Of a stretch of 64,000 bases of DNA, positions 31,026 through 41,031 are shown piece after piece. Below the pieces are notes generated by a model. It did not search any database, was not told where the DNA came from, and was given only the letters and a program-made list of their open reading frames with translations. The stretch's first letter is position 1, and every line of letters begins with the position of its first letter. The position numbers were made by a program, and so were the translations under genes. This DNA is from Planctomycetota bacterium (GTDB lineage: Bacteria; Planctomycetota; UBA1135; UBA2386), in NCBI GenBank assembly GCA_965228735.1, contig OZ245838.1:3424001-3488000 (forward strand), written 5' to 3'.

Positions 31026-32693
31026 ATGCCTCCGTGTCTCCCGCCCGCGCCCGCAGCCCAAGGGCAGCCGCTGGGCGCCGCGCTCGCCGCGGCAGCCTGG
31101 CTGATCGTCGGAACCATCGCGACCGGGGCCCGAACGTCGGCCCAGGCGCCGGGACTGCGGGTCTTTCAGGCCATCGGCAGTCTGCCGACGCGCATCGTCG
31201 ACAACCTGGGCAACGTCGTGCACAGCTATCCCGGCGGCGCGGTCCTCTCGGCGCACGTCGCCGAGGACGGCACGCTCGTGCGCTCGCAGCAGATCGGCGG
31301 CATCGCGGTGCCGGGCGCGACCGGTCGGCTGCAGCGGCTCGCGTTCGACGGCACGGTGCTCTGGCAGTTCGACGTCTCGGGTCCGTTCGAGTATGCGCAT
31401 CACGACATCGAGCCGATGCCGAACGGCAACGTGCTCGTGATCGCGTGGGATCGCTACACGACGGCCGACGCGATCGCCGCGGGTCGCGACCCCGGGCTCG
31501 TGTCCGGCACCGACTGGCTGCCCGATGCGATCCTCGAGATCGCGCCGACCGGGCCGACGGCGGGCGCGATTGTCTGGGAGTGGCACATGACGGATCACGT
31601 GATCCAGGACTTCGACCCGACGCGCCCCGACTTCGGCGTCGTCGCCAACCACCCCGAACTGCTCGATCTCAACTACCCGCCCGTGCTCGTCACGGACGGC
31701 GACTGGAATCACTTCAACGGACTCGACTACGACCCCGTCAACGACTGGATCATCGTCAGCTCCCGCGCGCAGAACGAGATCTACCTGATCGACCACTCGA
31801 CGACGACGGCCGAGGCCGCGGGTCACACGGGCGGCGCGCGCGGTCGCGGCGGCGACATCCTGTATCGCTGGGGCAACCCGGAGGCCTACCGCGCCGGCAC
31901 GGCGGCCAACCTGACCCTCAACGGGCAGCACGACCCGCGTTTCGTGCCGCCGGGCTTCCCGGGTGCCGGCAACCTCACGATGTTCAACAACGTGTTCCTG
32001 CCGGGTCAGTCCGCCGTGCACGAGTTCGCGATCCCGCTCGACGCGCAGGGCAACCCGACGATCGACCCGGTCACGGGCCGCTACGGCCCGGCGGCACCGA
32101 CCTGGACGTTCACCGAACCCGGGTTCTTCTCCGCCGTGACATCGAGCGCCGAACGCCTGCCGAACGGCAACACGCTGATCTGCAGCGGCACGCAGCGTGA
32201 ACTGCGGGAGGTCACGCCGGCCGGCCAGACCGTCTGGCAATTCAGCGATCCCGCCAACCCGTCGCTGCTCTTCCAGTGCAACTACGTCGATCGTTCCCTG
32301 TGGCACGACACGACCGAGCTGTCCGCGGGCGTCGGTGGCACGATCGGGCTCGGTCACCTCACGGGCTCGGCGCACGCCGGCGAGCTCTACCAATTGCTCG
32401 GCTCGATCTCGGGCACCGCCCCCGGCACGACGCTGCCCGGCGGCGTGCACCTGCCGCTCAACATCGACTTCCTCACGCAGAACATGGCGACGAACTACAA
32501 CAACGCGCTGTTCGTCGACACGATCGGCGCGCTCGACGGCATGGGCGCCGGAACCTCCGCGATCGTCGTGCAGCCAGGCCTCGTTCCGACCGCCCTCGTC
32601 GGGGTCGAACTCGACTTCGCCCACCTCGTCTGGGACGCGACGTTGTCACCCGTGCGCGCGAGCAATTCGGTGCGAGTGACGATCACGCCGTGA
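31026..32693 (+). CDS. Aryl-sulfate sulfotransferase-like secreted protein (tandem paralog)
   Basis: Same motifs as 29316-30923 and colinear over the whole mature sequence. Confidence 0.88.
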   Translation: MPPCLPPAPAAQGQPLGAALAAAAWLIVGTIATGARTSAQAPGLRVFQAIGSLPTRIVDNLGNVVHSYPGGAVLSAHVAEDGTLVRSQQIGGIAVPGATGRLQRLAFDGTVLWQFDVSGPFEYAHHDIEPMPNGNVLVIAWDRYTTADAIAAGRDPGLVSGTDWLPDAILEIAPTGPTAGAIVWEWHMTDHVIQDFDPTRPDFGVVANHPELLDLNYPPVLVTDGDWNHFNGLDYDPVNDWIIVSSRAQNEIYLIDHSTTTAEAAGHTGGARGRGGDILYRWGNPEAYRAGTAANLTLNGQHDPRFVPPGFPGAGNLTMFNNVFLPGQSAVHEFAIPLDAQGNPTIDPVTGRYGPAAPTWTFTEPGFFSAVTSSAERLPNGNTLICSGTQRELREVTPAGQTVWQFSDPANPSLLFQCNYVDRSLWHDTTELSAGVGGTIGLGHLTGSAHAGELYQLLGSISGTAPGTTLPGGVHLPLNIDFLTQNMATNYNNALFVDTIGALDGMGAGTSAIVVQPGLVPTALVGVELDFAHLVWDATLSPVRASNSVRVTITP

Positions 32694-32800
32694 TGGCGTA
32701 CGGAACCTGGTTCAAACCGCAAGGCTGCTACGCGAGCCGCCTTCGGCGGCTCTCGCGTAGCAGCCTTGCGGTTTGAACCAGGTTCCGTACGCCATCACGG
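32688..32800. repeat. 113-bp palindrome (perfect 49-bp arms), REPIN/MITE-like or bidirectional terminator
   Basis: 32688-32736 is the exact reverse complement of 32752-32800. The centre CCGCC-TTC-GGCGG also pairs. Confidence 0.92.
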
Positions 32801-35800
32801 GGTGCGGTAGGCCAGCGTGAGCTTCGGGCGATCGGCAGCGGTGCCGTTCTGCACGGAGCCGAAGACCTTGGCCGTGCGCGTGCCGCTGATCTCGCTGCCG
32901 CGCACGATCCAGCCGTGGTTGCTCGACGCCGAGTCGAGCCAGCCCTGCGCGTCCGTGACCATCGCCGAGCTGCTCCAGACATAGGCGGCCTCACCGCCGA
33001 CGACGCGCGACGCGGACTGGCCAAGGAAGTCACCACCCGCCGAGCTCCACGCCGACGTGCCAACGATCGCGCTGACCCACGTGGCGTCTCCCGTCGCCGC
33101 GGCGGTGCCACCGCCAATGTTGGAGTTCGACCCCGGAGCACCGGCTTCACCCCACTCCGTCGTCACCTCGGACAACGACACGACGACGTTGCCGATCGCG
33201 TTGCTCGGGGTGTAGACATTGGTGAGCTGCAGCGACGTCGCGAGGATCGTCGAACTCGCCGTCACGTTGCCGGCGACGTCGAACTCGAGCAACGCCCGGC
33301 GTCGACCCTGCTGCGTCCCGTTCATGAGCGCGGCATTGCCGGCCACGAGCCGTGGATGCTGGCCGTTGCTGCGCGTCGTCGCCTCCGAGTAGATGCTCGT
33401 GTCCTTGCTCGGTTCGATCGTCACGACCGTGATGTAGCTGGCCTTGAGCTCGTCGTCGGTGCCGCCTGCACCCGTCGCGGTCAGCCGCACGGAGTAGGTT
33501 CCATCCGCCGGGTAGGTATGCGTCGGGTTCTGCTGCGTCGAGTCGGTCGTACCGTCGTTGTCGAAGTCCCACTGCCACGTCGTCGGGCTCCCGGTCGTGA
33601 GATCGGTGAACTGGATCGATGAACCGTTGTTCGCGCTCGTCGTGAAGTCCGCGACGACCGCGCCCGCGACCGCGACGTAACTGAGCTTGGTCTCGTCGTC
33701 GGTGCCGCCGGGACCCGTCGCCGTCAGCTTGACGGTGTAGTTGCCGGGCGACGTGTAGGTGAAGTTCGGGTTCTGCAGGGTCGAATCGACCGTGCCGTCG
33801 TTCTCGAAGTCCCACTGCCACGCCGTCGGGCTGCCCGTCGACGAATCGGTGAAGTTCACGAGCAGCGGCGCGCCGCCCGCGAGCGGCGTGCCGGAGAAGT
33901 CGGCGACGACCGGCGGGAACACCTGCACCGCGCCCGTCTTGACCTCGGTATCCGAACCGACGGAGTTGGTCGCGACGAGACTGACGTCGTAGGTGCCCAC
34001 CGCGCTGTAGGTGAAGCTCGGGTTCTGTTCCGTCGAGTCGACCGTGCCGTCGTTCTCGAAGTCCCACGCCCAACTCGTCGCCGGACCGGTGGACGTGTCC
34101 GTGAACGTCACGTTGAGCGGCGAGCCGCCGGTCGCCGGCGTGATCGTGAAGTCCGCGGCGACCTGACCGAACGCGCTGATGAAGTCGGTCTCGGTCTTGG
34201 TGCCCTCCGTCACCGAGTTCTGCGCCGTGAGCTTGACCGAGTACGAACCGCCTGTGGTGTAGGTGTGGGTCGGGTTCTGCTCCGTCGAGTCGACGGTGCC
34301 GTCGTTGTCGAAGTCCCACGCCCACGACGTCGGGTTGCCCGACGATTCGTCGGTGAACGTGACCTCCAGGGGCACCTCGCCGGACTGCACCGACGCCGAG
34401 AAATCGACGATCACGCCCGATGTCTCCGCGAGGAACGACAGCATCACGTTCGTCGTATCCGACGTGCCGAGGTTGGTTGCGGCGGTCGAGTAGGCCACGA
34501 AGCCCGTGCCGTAGGTCGCGCTGGCCAGGAACCCACCGAGCACCGGCCCGGTGGACGCGCCGTTGCCGTCCCCGCTCTCGCTCGCCGTCACGTTGGCGCG
34601 GAACGGCAGCACGAGATCGCCGTCGAGCTGGCTGACCTCGAGCAGGTAGATGTCGGTCTCACCGTTGGTATCGTCCCGCAGGACGTCGAGGTTGGTCGAG
34701 TCCGACTCGAACGCGATCGTCGCGCCAGAACCGGAGATCACGGGCGCGCGCGCATCGCCGTCGCCGATCGTCGGCGACGTGCTGTCGGGCGTGATGACCT
34801 GATTGAGCAGCTTGGTGAACCCCGTCGCGCTGTCGAACAGGAAGGCGTTCGTCGTCGCGGTGACCGTCGTGAGATCGGTCTTGTCGGACTGGAACACCGC
34901 GAGGATGCGGCCGCTGCCGTTCTCGTAGACGCTCACCGCGGAGCTCGCGCCGCCGCTGCCCTCGGCCCCGGCCGAGGACACGCTGGCGCGCGACCGGGTG
35001 TACGGCGGCACGGCGCTGACGGGCGTGACGAACACGTCGCGCACGGAGTTGGTATCGCTGCCGACCTGGTCCGTCGCGTCGGACTCGTAACCGACCGCGA
35101 CGCCGTTGCTGCTGACGCTCGGCGCCTCGGACGAACCGTCGCCGCCCGTTGCCTGGTTCGAGACCGAGTGGCTCACGAGATCCGTCGTGTTGGCATCGAC
35201 GTCACGCACGAAGATGTCCGTGCCGCTGCCGTTGTTGTCCGTGAACGAGGTGATGAGATTGGTCGCGGCGGAGGCGAACGCGACGATCTCGCCGTTGCTG
35301 CCGCCGATCGACGGCGCGGTGGACGCCGCGTCGCCCTCGGTCGTCGTGGTGCCGGTGCGCGCGCTCACGAGCACGGGCGTCGACGAATCGACCGCGAGGT
35401 TGAGCCCGCCGGTCTCCGCGCCGCCCGTCGCGTTCTCTTCGGCCCGCAGCTCGACCGCGACGCGGAACACGTCGGTCGCGCTGTTCGTGTCGCCGGCGAC
35501 GAGATTGGTCGCATCGCTCTGGAACGCCACGTAGATCGTGCCGATCGGGTTGGTCGCCGCCGCGTTGGCAGCATCGAACGTCGGGTTGGCCACGTAGACG
35601 ACGGCGGGCGCGTTCGACGCGCCATTGCCCGCGGCCGTCGAACTCTGCACGCGACTGACCAGCGTGACATCCTTCACCGCATCCGCGTTGCCCGTGACCA
35701 TGCCGCCATCGTGCCACGCCTCGATGTCGCGGAAGAACGCCGACGAACCACCCGGCACCGTGCGAATGACACCGTCCGTGTCCTCGGGCTCGAGCACCCC

Positions 35801-36595
35801 ATCGTGATCGTCGTCGGCGATCCCGTTGCGGCCACCGACCTGCGGCAGGATGCCCGAATCGAGCGCCCAGAGGACGCGCTTGTCCGTGACGAAGTGCTCG
35901 AGTTCGTCGGCCGGAACACCCTGCGCCGCGGCCGCGAGCTCGGCGACCGTCCTGTTGCGGAAGTCGAACGACGCGGCCGGCGCCTGCCAGCCTTCGACGG
36001 GGAACGTCGAACTCGTGACGTGGCAGGCAGCGCACTGCTCCGGATCATTGTTCGGAAAACCCGTGCCCGGCGGCGGCCCCGCGTGGGGCAGCGGCGACGA
36101 CACGAATGCCTGGGTGTCCGCAGCCGCCATGCTGTGGCAGGTCGCGCAGCGCGGATGCCGGAACTTGCCGGCCAGCGACTGCGAGAACGCCGACGTATCG
36201 ATGTCCTGCGCCGTGACGATCGCGAGGAAAACGTCCGCGGCCGAATTGCCGTCCGTCGTCGTGTCGCGCGCGAGCTGCGTGCCCGAACCATCGCCGTCGT
36301 CCGCCGCCGCCGTGGTCGTGAACGCCAGGATCATCACCTCGCGCGCCGCCGTCGCCCCGATCGCCGGCACCTCGACGCCCGCGACTGCGAGTTCGCCCAG
36401 CGCCCCCGTCGGCGTCAGCCCGATATCGAATCCGACCGGCAGATTGGCGCTCGCCGTCGACGCCGAGGACGAGCTCCCCGGCAGATTGTTGCCGATTCCG
36501 GGCGAACACGCCGTGACGGTCAGGAACGCGGTGGCGGCGAGCAGGCCGAGGAGAGCGGCGCGGGGGCAGGCGCCCTGGCAGTGGCTGCGATTCAT
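32795..36595 (-). CDS. Large lipoprotein: diheme cytochrome c domain + TolB-like repeats + 4 PKD domains + DNRLRE-like domain
   Basis: Lipobox VTAC, HPRCATCH and CAACH heme motifs, 'AFxSxATNL..DTN...DVF' repeats, four 'WxWDFxNDGT.DSTxQNP.xTY' PKD units and C-terminal 'RRALLEFDV...NHGWIVR...RPKLTLAY'. Confidence 0.85.
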   Translation of the reverse strand: MNRSHCQGACPRAALLGLLAATAFLTVTACSPGIGNNLPGSSSSASTASANLPVGFDIGLTPTGALGELAVAGVEVPAIGATAAREVMILAFTTTAAADDGDGSGTQLARDTTTDGNSAADVFLAIVTAQDIDTSAFSQSLAGKFRHPRCATCHSMAAADTQAFVSSPLPHAGPPPGTGFPNNDPEQCAACHVTSSTFPVEGWQAPAASFDFRNRTVAELAAAAQGVPADELEHFVTDKRVLWALDSGILPQVGGRNGIADDDHDGVLEPEDTDGVIRTVPGGSSAFFRDIEAWHDGGMVTGNADAVKDVTLVSRVQSSTAAGNGASNAPAVVYVANPTFDAANAAATNPIGTIYVAFQSDATNLVAGDTNSATDVFRVAVELRAEENATGGAETGGLNLAVDSSTPVLVSARTGTTTTEGDAASTAPSIGGSNGEIVAFASAATNLITSFTDNNGSGTDIFVRDVDANTTDLVSHSVSNQATGGDGSSEAPSVSSNGVAVGYESDATDQVGSDTNSVRDVFVTPVSAVPPYTRSRASVSSAGAEGSGGASSAVSVYENGSGRILAVFQSDKTDLTTVTATTNAFLFDSATGFTKLLNQVITPDSTSPTIGDGDARAPVISGSGATIAFESDSTNLDVLRDDTNGETDIYLLEVSQLDGDLVLPFRANVTASESGDGNGASTGPVLGGFLASATYGTGFVAYSTAATNLGTSDTTNVMLSFLAETSGVIVDFSASVQSGEVPLEVTFTDESSGNPTSWAWDFDNDGTVDSTEQNPTHTYTTGGSYSVKLTAQNSVTEGTKTETDFISAFGQVAADFTITPATGGSPLNVTFTDTSTGPATSWAWDFENDGTVDSTEQNPSFTYSAVGTYDVSLVATNSVGSDTEVKTGAVQVFPPVVADFSGTPLAGGAPLLVNFTDSSTGSPTAWQWDFENDGTVDSTLQNPNFTYTSPGNYTVKLTATGPGGTDDETKLSYVAVAGAVVADFTTSANNGSSIQFTDLTTGSPTTWQWDFDNDGTTDSTQQNPTHTYPADGTYSVRLTATGAGGTDDELKASYITVVTIEPSKDTSIYSEATTRSNGQHPRLVAGNAALMNGTQQGRRRALLEFDVAGNVTASSTILATSLQLTNVYTPSNAIGNVVVSLSEVTTEWGEAGAPGSNSNIGGGTAAATGDATWVSAIVGTSAWSSAGGDFLGQSASRVVGGEAAYVWSSSAMVTDAQGWLDSASSNHGWIVRGSEISGTRTAKVFGSVQNGTAADRPKLTLAYRTP

Positions 36596-36725
36596 GGAGT
36601 GCTGGTCGAGGCGAACGCTCGTTCGGAGGCGGCCGAGAGGCTATCCGGAACGACCCTATCGGACCATGGCATGGGGTCTTGGTAGCACATTGCGGGTTTC
36701 CTGCCGATACTGCGCATCCGACCAC

Positions 36726-38441
36726 ATGCGACCGACCACCCGACTCGCTCTTCTGCTCGGCGCGCTTCTCGCAACCGCGCCAGCCTGCAAGTTCCTCGCC
36801 CGCAAGATCGCGGTCATGTACCGCGATGCGTGGGACAACGGCCTGACCAAGAAGGAAGGGCCGGTCGAGGACGGCCTGCAGGAAGGCGACTGGACCTACT
36901 ACTACGAGTCCGGTCAGCGCCGCGCCCGCGGCCGCTACCACGAGGACAAGCGGATCGGGCCGTGGACCTATTACTACGAGACCGGCATCGTCGAATGGCA
37001 CGGCGAGTTCGACGCGGACGGCCACCGCACGGGCGAGTGGAGCATGAACTATCCCGACGAGACGCTCCGCGCGCGCGGCACCTACGTCGCGGACGCGGAG
37101 GACGGCGAGTGGGAGTTCTTCTATCCCGATGGGACGCTGCAACGCCGCGGCAGCTTCGACGGCGGGCGCCTCTCTGGACTCTGGCGCTACTACCACGAAG
37201 ACGGCGCGCTCAAGGCCGAGGGCGTCTGCCATCGCGGGCAACGGATCGGCATGTGGCGGTTGTTCGATGCCGAAGGCCGCGAGGGCAGCAAGGAGTTTCG
37301 CACGCGCGCCGGGATCACGGTCGTCGACGAACGCTGGCCGAACGGCAACCGCCGGCGCGTCGGTGTGCAGCAGAACGGCACGCCCGTCGGTTGCTGGGCC
37401 ACGTTCCACGAGAGCGGTGAGCCGCGCCTCATGAGCACGTTCCGCGGCGGCGAACCGGCCGGCCCGTTCCGCGTTCACGACACGGACGGCAACCGGCTCG
37501 CGCAGGGCACGATCGAGGACGGCAAGTTCGCTCCTGGTGGTGAAGAGTACGCGGTCGGCAGCGCGCGCCCGTTGCCGGCCGATCCGCTGCCGCCGATCCG
37601 CCCGCGCGACAGCGGTGATTGGCTCGACGACCAGGCCATGCGCGACCGCAAGCTGCCGGCGACCGTGGCCGCGCTCATCGGCGAGACGATCGCCCCGCCG
37701 GACCCCACGGCCGCGCCGGCCAAACCCGCGGGCGAACCGAGCAACCCGCTGCCGACCGCCGCGACGACGGCCGTGGCCCAGCAGATCGAGACGACACCGC
37801 GGCGCGAGCCCGCGCCGATGCAGCCCGACTGGACCGTGACCGAACAGGAAGAGCTCGACAGCTACGTCATGCGCTACCTCGAAGGGCCGGGCAAGGCGCG
37901 CGCGTCGCGCAAGAAGTACGGCCCGCCCGGATCGAAGCAGAGCCGCGGCCCGGGTCGGCGCAGCGAACTCGAAGGCAAGCAGCTCCCGCAGCAGGTGTTC
38001 GAGAGCGCCTCCGGCAAGCAGCTCGACCTGCAAACGCTGCGCGGCAACAAGCGCGTGCTCATGGTGATCCTGCGCGGCTTCGTCGGCGAGGTGTGCGTCT
38101 ACTGCGTCGCCCAGACCGAGGCGCTCGCGCAGTGCCAGAAGCAGCTCGAGCAGCTCGACATCGAGGTCGTCGTCGTCTACCCCGGCCCGCGCGAGAACCA
38201 GGCGTCGTTCCTGCGCGCCTACGAGATGACGTTCGGCAAGGGCGCGCCGCCCTACCAGGTCTACTACGACGACGATCTCTCGTTCGTCGACAAGCTCGGC
38301 ATCGCGGGTGACCTCGCGTTCCCCACGACGCTCGTGATCGACAAGCAGGGCGTCGTCGAATACGCGTTCGTCGGCGCGCACCGCGCGGACCGGCCCGCGG
38401 CGAAGAAGCTCATCCAGCTGATCGAGGGCATGAAGCAGTGA
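36726..38441 (+). CDS. MORN-variant repeat lipoprotein with C-terminal peroxiredoxin-like (AhpC/TSA) domain
   Basis: Signal ending APAC, repeats of 'GxWxYYYExG', and C-terminal 'ILRGF..EVCVYC', 'FPTTLVIDKQGVVEYAFVG...DRP'. Confidence 0.8.
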   Translation: MRPTTRLALLLGALLATAPACKFLARKIAVMYRDAWDNGLTKKEGPVEDGLQEGDWTYYYESGQRRARGRYHEDKRIGPWTYYYETGIVEWHGEFDADGHRTGEWSMNYPDETLRARGTYVADAEDGEWEFFYPDGTLQRRGSFDGGRLSGLWRYYHEDGALKAEGVCHRGQRIGMWRLFDAEGREGSKEFRTRAGITVVDERWPNGNRRRVGVQQNGTPVGCWATFHESGEPRLMSTFRGGEPAGPFRVHDTDGNRLAQGTIEDGKFAPGGEEYAVGSARPLPADPLPPIRPRDSGDWLDDQAMRDRKLPATVAALIGETIAPPDPTAAPAKPAGEPSNPLPTAATTAVAQQIETTPRREPAPMQPDWTVTEQEELDSYVMRYLEGPGKARASRKKYGPPGSKQSRGPGRRSELEGKQLPQQVFESASGKQLDLQTLRGNKRVLMVILRGFVGEVCVYCVAQTEALAQCQKQLEQLDIEVVVVYPGPRENQASFLRAYEMTFGKGAPPYQVYYDDDLSFVDKLGIAGDLAFPTTLVIDKQGVVEYAFVGAHRADRPAAKKLIQLIEGMKQ

Positions 38442-40912
38442 GCGGCAACCCCCGCAACGACGACGACCGACCGATCGAGGATCGCACGATCCCGATCGGG
38501 ATGCCGAGCGGCCAGGGGCAGCCCGGGCAGCCCGACGCGCAGCCGACCGATGACGGCGGCACCTGCAGCGCGGACGATGTCGAGGGCGCCGGCCCGCCGC
38601 TACCGATGGTGCCCGGCGTGACGCTCAGTCGCGAGCTCGCGCGCGGTGGCATGGGCGTCGTCTACGTCGGGTGCCAGGACTTCCTCGACCGGACCGTCGC
38701 GGTCAAGCTGCTGTCGATCGACCTGCAGAGCGATCAGTTCGCCGCGCGCTTCCACCGCGAGGCCAAGCTGCTCGCGGGCATCAAGCACGCCAACATCGTC
38801 GCGTGTCACGACGCGGGGGTCACCGACGAGGGGCTCTACTACCTCGTGATGGAATACATCGACGGCCCCAACCTCAAGAGCTGGATCGCGCAGAACGGGC
38901 CGTTCCCGGTGCCCGTCGCGCTCGACATGTGCAAGGCCGCGGCGCGCGCGCTCGACCACGCGCACGGTCTCGGCGTGATCCACCGCGACGTCAAGCCGGA
39001 GAACATCCTGCTCGAGACGGCGACGTCGACGCAGCTCAACGCGATGACGCCGTTCATCCCCAAGCTCGTGGACCTCGGCCTCGCGCGCATGCAGACCGAG
39101 AGCGCGGAGCTCGGGCTCACGTCGCCGGGCGCGGTGATGGGCACGCCCACGACGATGTCGCCGGAGCAGTTCGACGACCCGGACTCGGTCGACTTCCGCA
39201 CCGACATCTACGGTCTCGGTTGCGTGCTCTACGAGATGCTCACGGGGCAGCAGGCGTATCCGTCGGGCAAGCTCACGGACCTCGTCGTCAAGAAGCGCGA
39301 ACCGCTCGGCCCCAACCCGTGCGCGACGCTCGACTGGCTGTCGCAGCGGGTCGGCGACCTCGTCGCGCGCATGCTCGCCGCGGATCGCGAGCAGCGGCCC
39401 GCGAGTTATGCGGCGCTGATCGAGGAGATCGACGCGCTCGCGACGGAGTTCACGGGCAGCGTCGACAAGCCGGCGCCGGATTCGGCCGGCAGCGGCGCCG
39501 CCGCGACCGGTTCGGGCCCCGCCGACGGCGGCGCCGGCCCCGGCGATCCGGGTTTCGATCCGAACGTCACCCGCGGCATCCTGCGGTCCACGGAGCTGAA
39601 CTTCCTGGCCCAGGAACTCGGCGGCGGCGGCGAGAGCCCGGCCGGCGAACCGTCGTCTCCGTTCCGCGACGGCAGCGAGTCGAGCCCGTTCCAGGAAACG
39701 CCGGCGGCGAACGCGGGCACGGGTCAGACGGTGGCGATGGCGCCCGGCCAGGCGGCGCCCGAGCCGGCCTCGAAGTCCGGCAACAAGACGCCGATGCTCG
39801 TCGGCCTCGGCGTCGTGCTTGCCGGCCTGATCGGGGTCGGGATCTGGCAGGCGACGACGGGTGCCGACGATCCCGGCGGCGGCGATGGCGATCGCGTGGC
39901 GAACCGGAACGACAACGGCAACGACGGCAGCGACTCGGGCAACGCAACCGACCCTGGCCAAGCCTCTGGGTCGACCGGCGGCCAGAACACCTCACCGCCA
40001 CAGCCACAGCCCACGAACCGCCCGCCGACGCCGCCGGAGATCAGCGGCGCCGACGAGTTCGCGCTGCTGCAACCGCAGACGTTGCGCGCGACGGCGAGCG
40101 ACCCCGACGGCGACGAGCTGACCTACGAATGGAGCTCGCCACAGAACGACTGGACGCCCGGCAAGCCGGCCGTGGTGTTCACGGCGCAGGGCAACGCGGC
40201 GACCCCGGTGATGCTCGTCGAGGGCCTGCCCGGCGAACGCTTCACGGTGCAGGTCCGGGTCGCGGACGAACGCGGCAACTCGGTGTCCGGCACGCGGCAG
40301 ATCACGGTCGCGGACTACGACCCGAAACCGTTCCTCGCGGGCGCCGTGCTCGACGGCACCGCGTGGACGATCGACGACGCGTCGGCGTGGACGCAGAACA
40401 TCGAGACCGGCGCGGTGACCTGTCGCGTGCGTGACGACGCGCGCCGCATGTCGAAGAGCCTCGGCACCGACGGTTACTGGCACGTGATCGGCTTCCTCGA
40501 AGGCACCCCCTACCGCGTCGCCGACACGTTCGGCAACCCGGGTGTCCGACTCGAGGTCGGCGACCGCGCGTGGCACGTGCAGAGCAACCGCTCGCGCGAA
40601 GCCGGCAGTGAGACCGACCTGTGGTCCGCCGAGCTCACCGAACTCGAGCGCCCGAACGCCGACGCCGCGTGGCAACCCGCCGGCTCACCGCCCGTGAGAC
40701 TCGACTGGCGCGACGACACCGGCGAATGCCGCGGCGCGCTCGTCTCGCTGAAGCGCCGCCGCGACAGCATCACGGTGCAGTTCGGCTGCGCCGAGCACCG
40801 CGAGTTCCGCGAACTCACGATCGCCGACGCCGTCCCCGCCGACACCGAGGTCCGCCTGACGCTCTGCGTCGACCAGGCCCGCGGCGTCTTCAAGGACTTC
40901 TCGATCTACTGA
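38438..40912 (+). CDS. Membrane Ser/Thr protein kinase
   Basis: 'ARGGMGVVY', VAVK, HRDVKPEN, DLG, MSPEQ, a TM segment and an extracellular Ig-like domain. GTG start overlaps the upstream TGA (GTGA). Confidence 0.93.
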   Translation: MSGNPRNDDDRPIEDRTIPIGMPSGQGQPGQPDAQPTDDGGTCSADDVEGAGPPLPMVPGVTLSRELARGGMGVVYVGCQDFLDRTVAVKLLSIDLQSDQFAARFHREAKLLAGIKHANIVACHDAGVTDEGLYYLVMEYIDGPNLKSWIAQNGPFPVPVALDMCKAAARALDHAHGLGVIHRDVKPENILLETATSTQLNAMTPFIPKLVDLGLARMQTESAELGLTSPGAVMGTPTTMSPEQFDDPDSVDFRTDIYGLGCVLYEMLTGQQAYPSGKLTDLVVKKREPLGPNPCATLDWLSQRVGDLVARMLAADREQRPASYAALIEEIDALATEFTGSVDKPAPDSAGSGAAATGSGPADGGAGPGDPGFDPNVTRGILRSTELNFLAQELGGGGESPAGEPSSPFRDGSESSPFQETPAANAGTGQTVAMAPGQAAPEPASKSGNKTPMLVGLGVVLAGLIGVGIWQATTGADDPGGGDGDRVANRNDNGNDGSDSGNATDPGQASGSTGGQNTSPPQPQPTNRPPTPPEISGADEFALLQPQTLRATASDPDGDELTYEWSSPQNDWTPGKPAVVFTAQGNAATPVMLVEGLPGERFTVQVRVADERGNSVSGTRQITVADYDPKPFLAGAVLDGTAWTIDDASAWTQNIETGAVTCRVRDDARRMSKSLGTDGYWHVIGFLEGTPYRVADTFGNPGVRLEVGDRAWHVQSNRSREAGSETDLWSAELTELERPNADAAWQPAGSPPVRLDWRDDTGECRGALVSLKRRRDSITVQFGCAEHREFRELTIADAVPADTEVRLTLCVDQARGVFKDFSIY

Positions 40913-40947
40913 CGCAGTGGCGAGGCGCGGCCGCGGGCACCCTCACG

Positions 40948-40987
40948 AGCCCCCCCGTACGGTACCCAGCCCCCCCGTACGGTACCC
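40948..40987. repeat. 20-bp direct repeat x2 between convergent genes
   Basis: AGCCCCCCCGTACGGTACCC twice in tandem. Confidence 0.9.
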
Positions 40988-41031
40988 GGTTCAGACTGCC
41001 GGAACCTGCACGGGCCCCGGGAACAGCCGAG

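Noticed and set aside
38080..38110. Selenocysteine in the peroxiredoxin-like domain
   Set aside because: The motif is encoded as TGC-GTC-TAC-TGC (CVYC) with no in-frame TGA.
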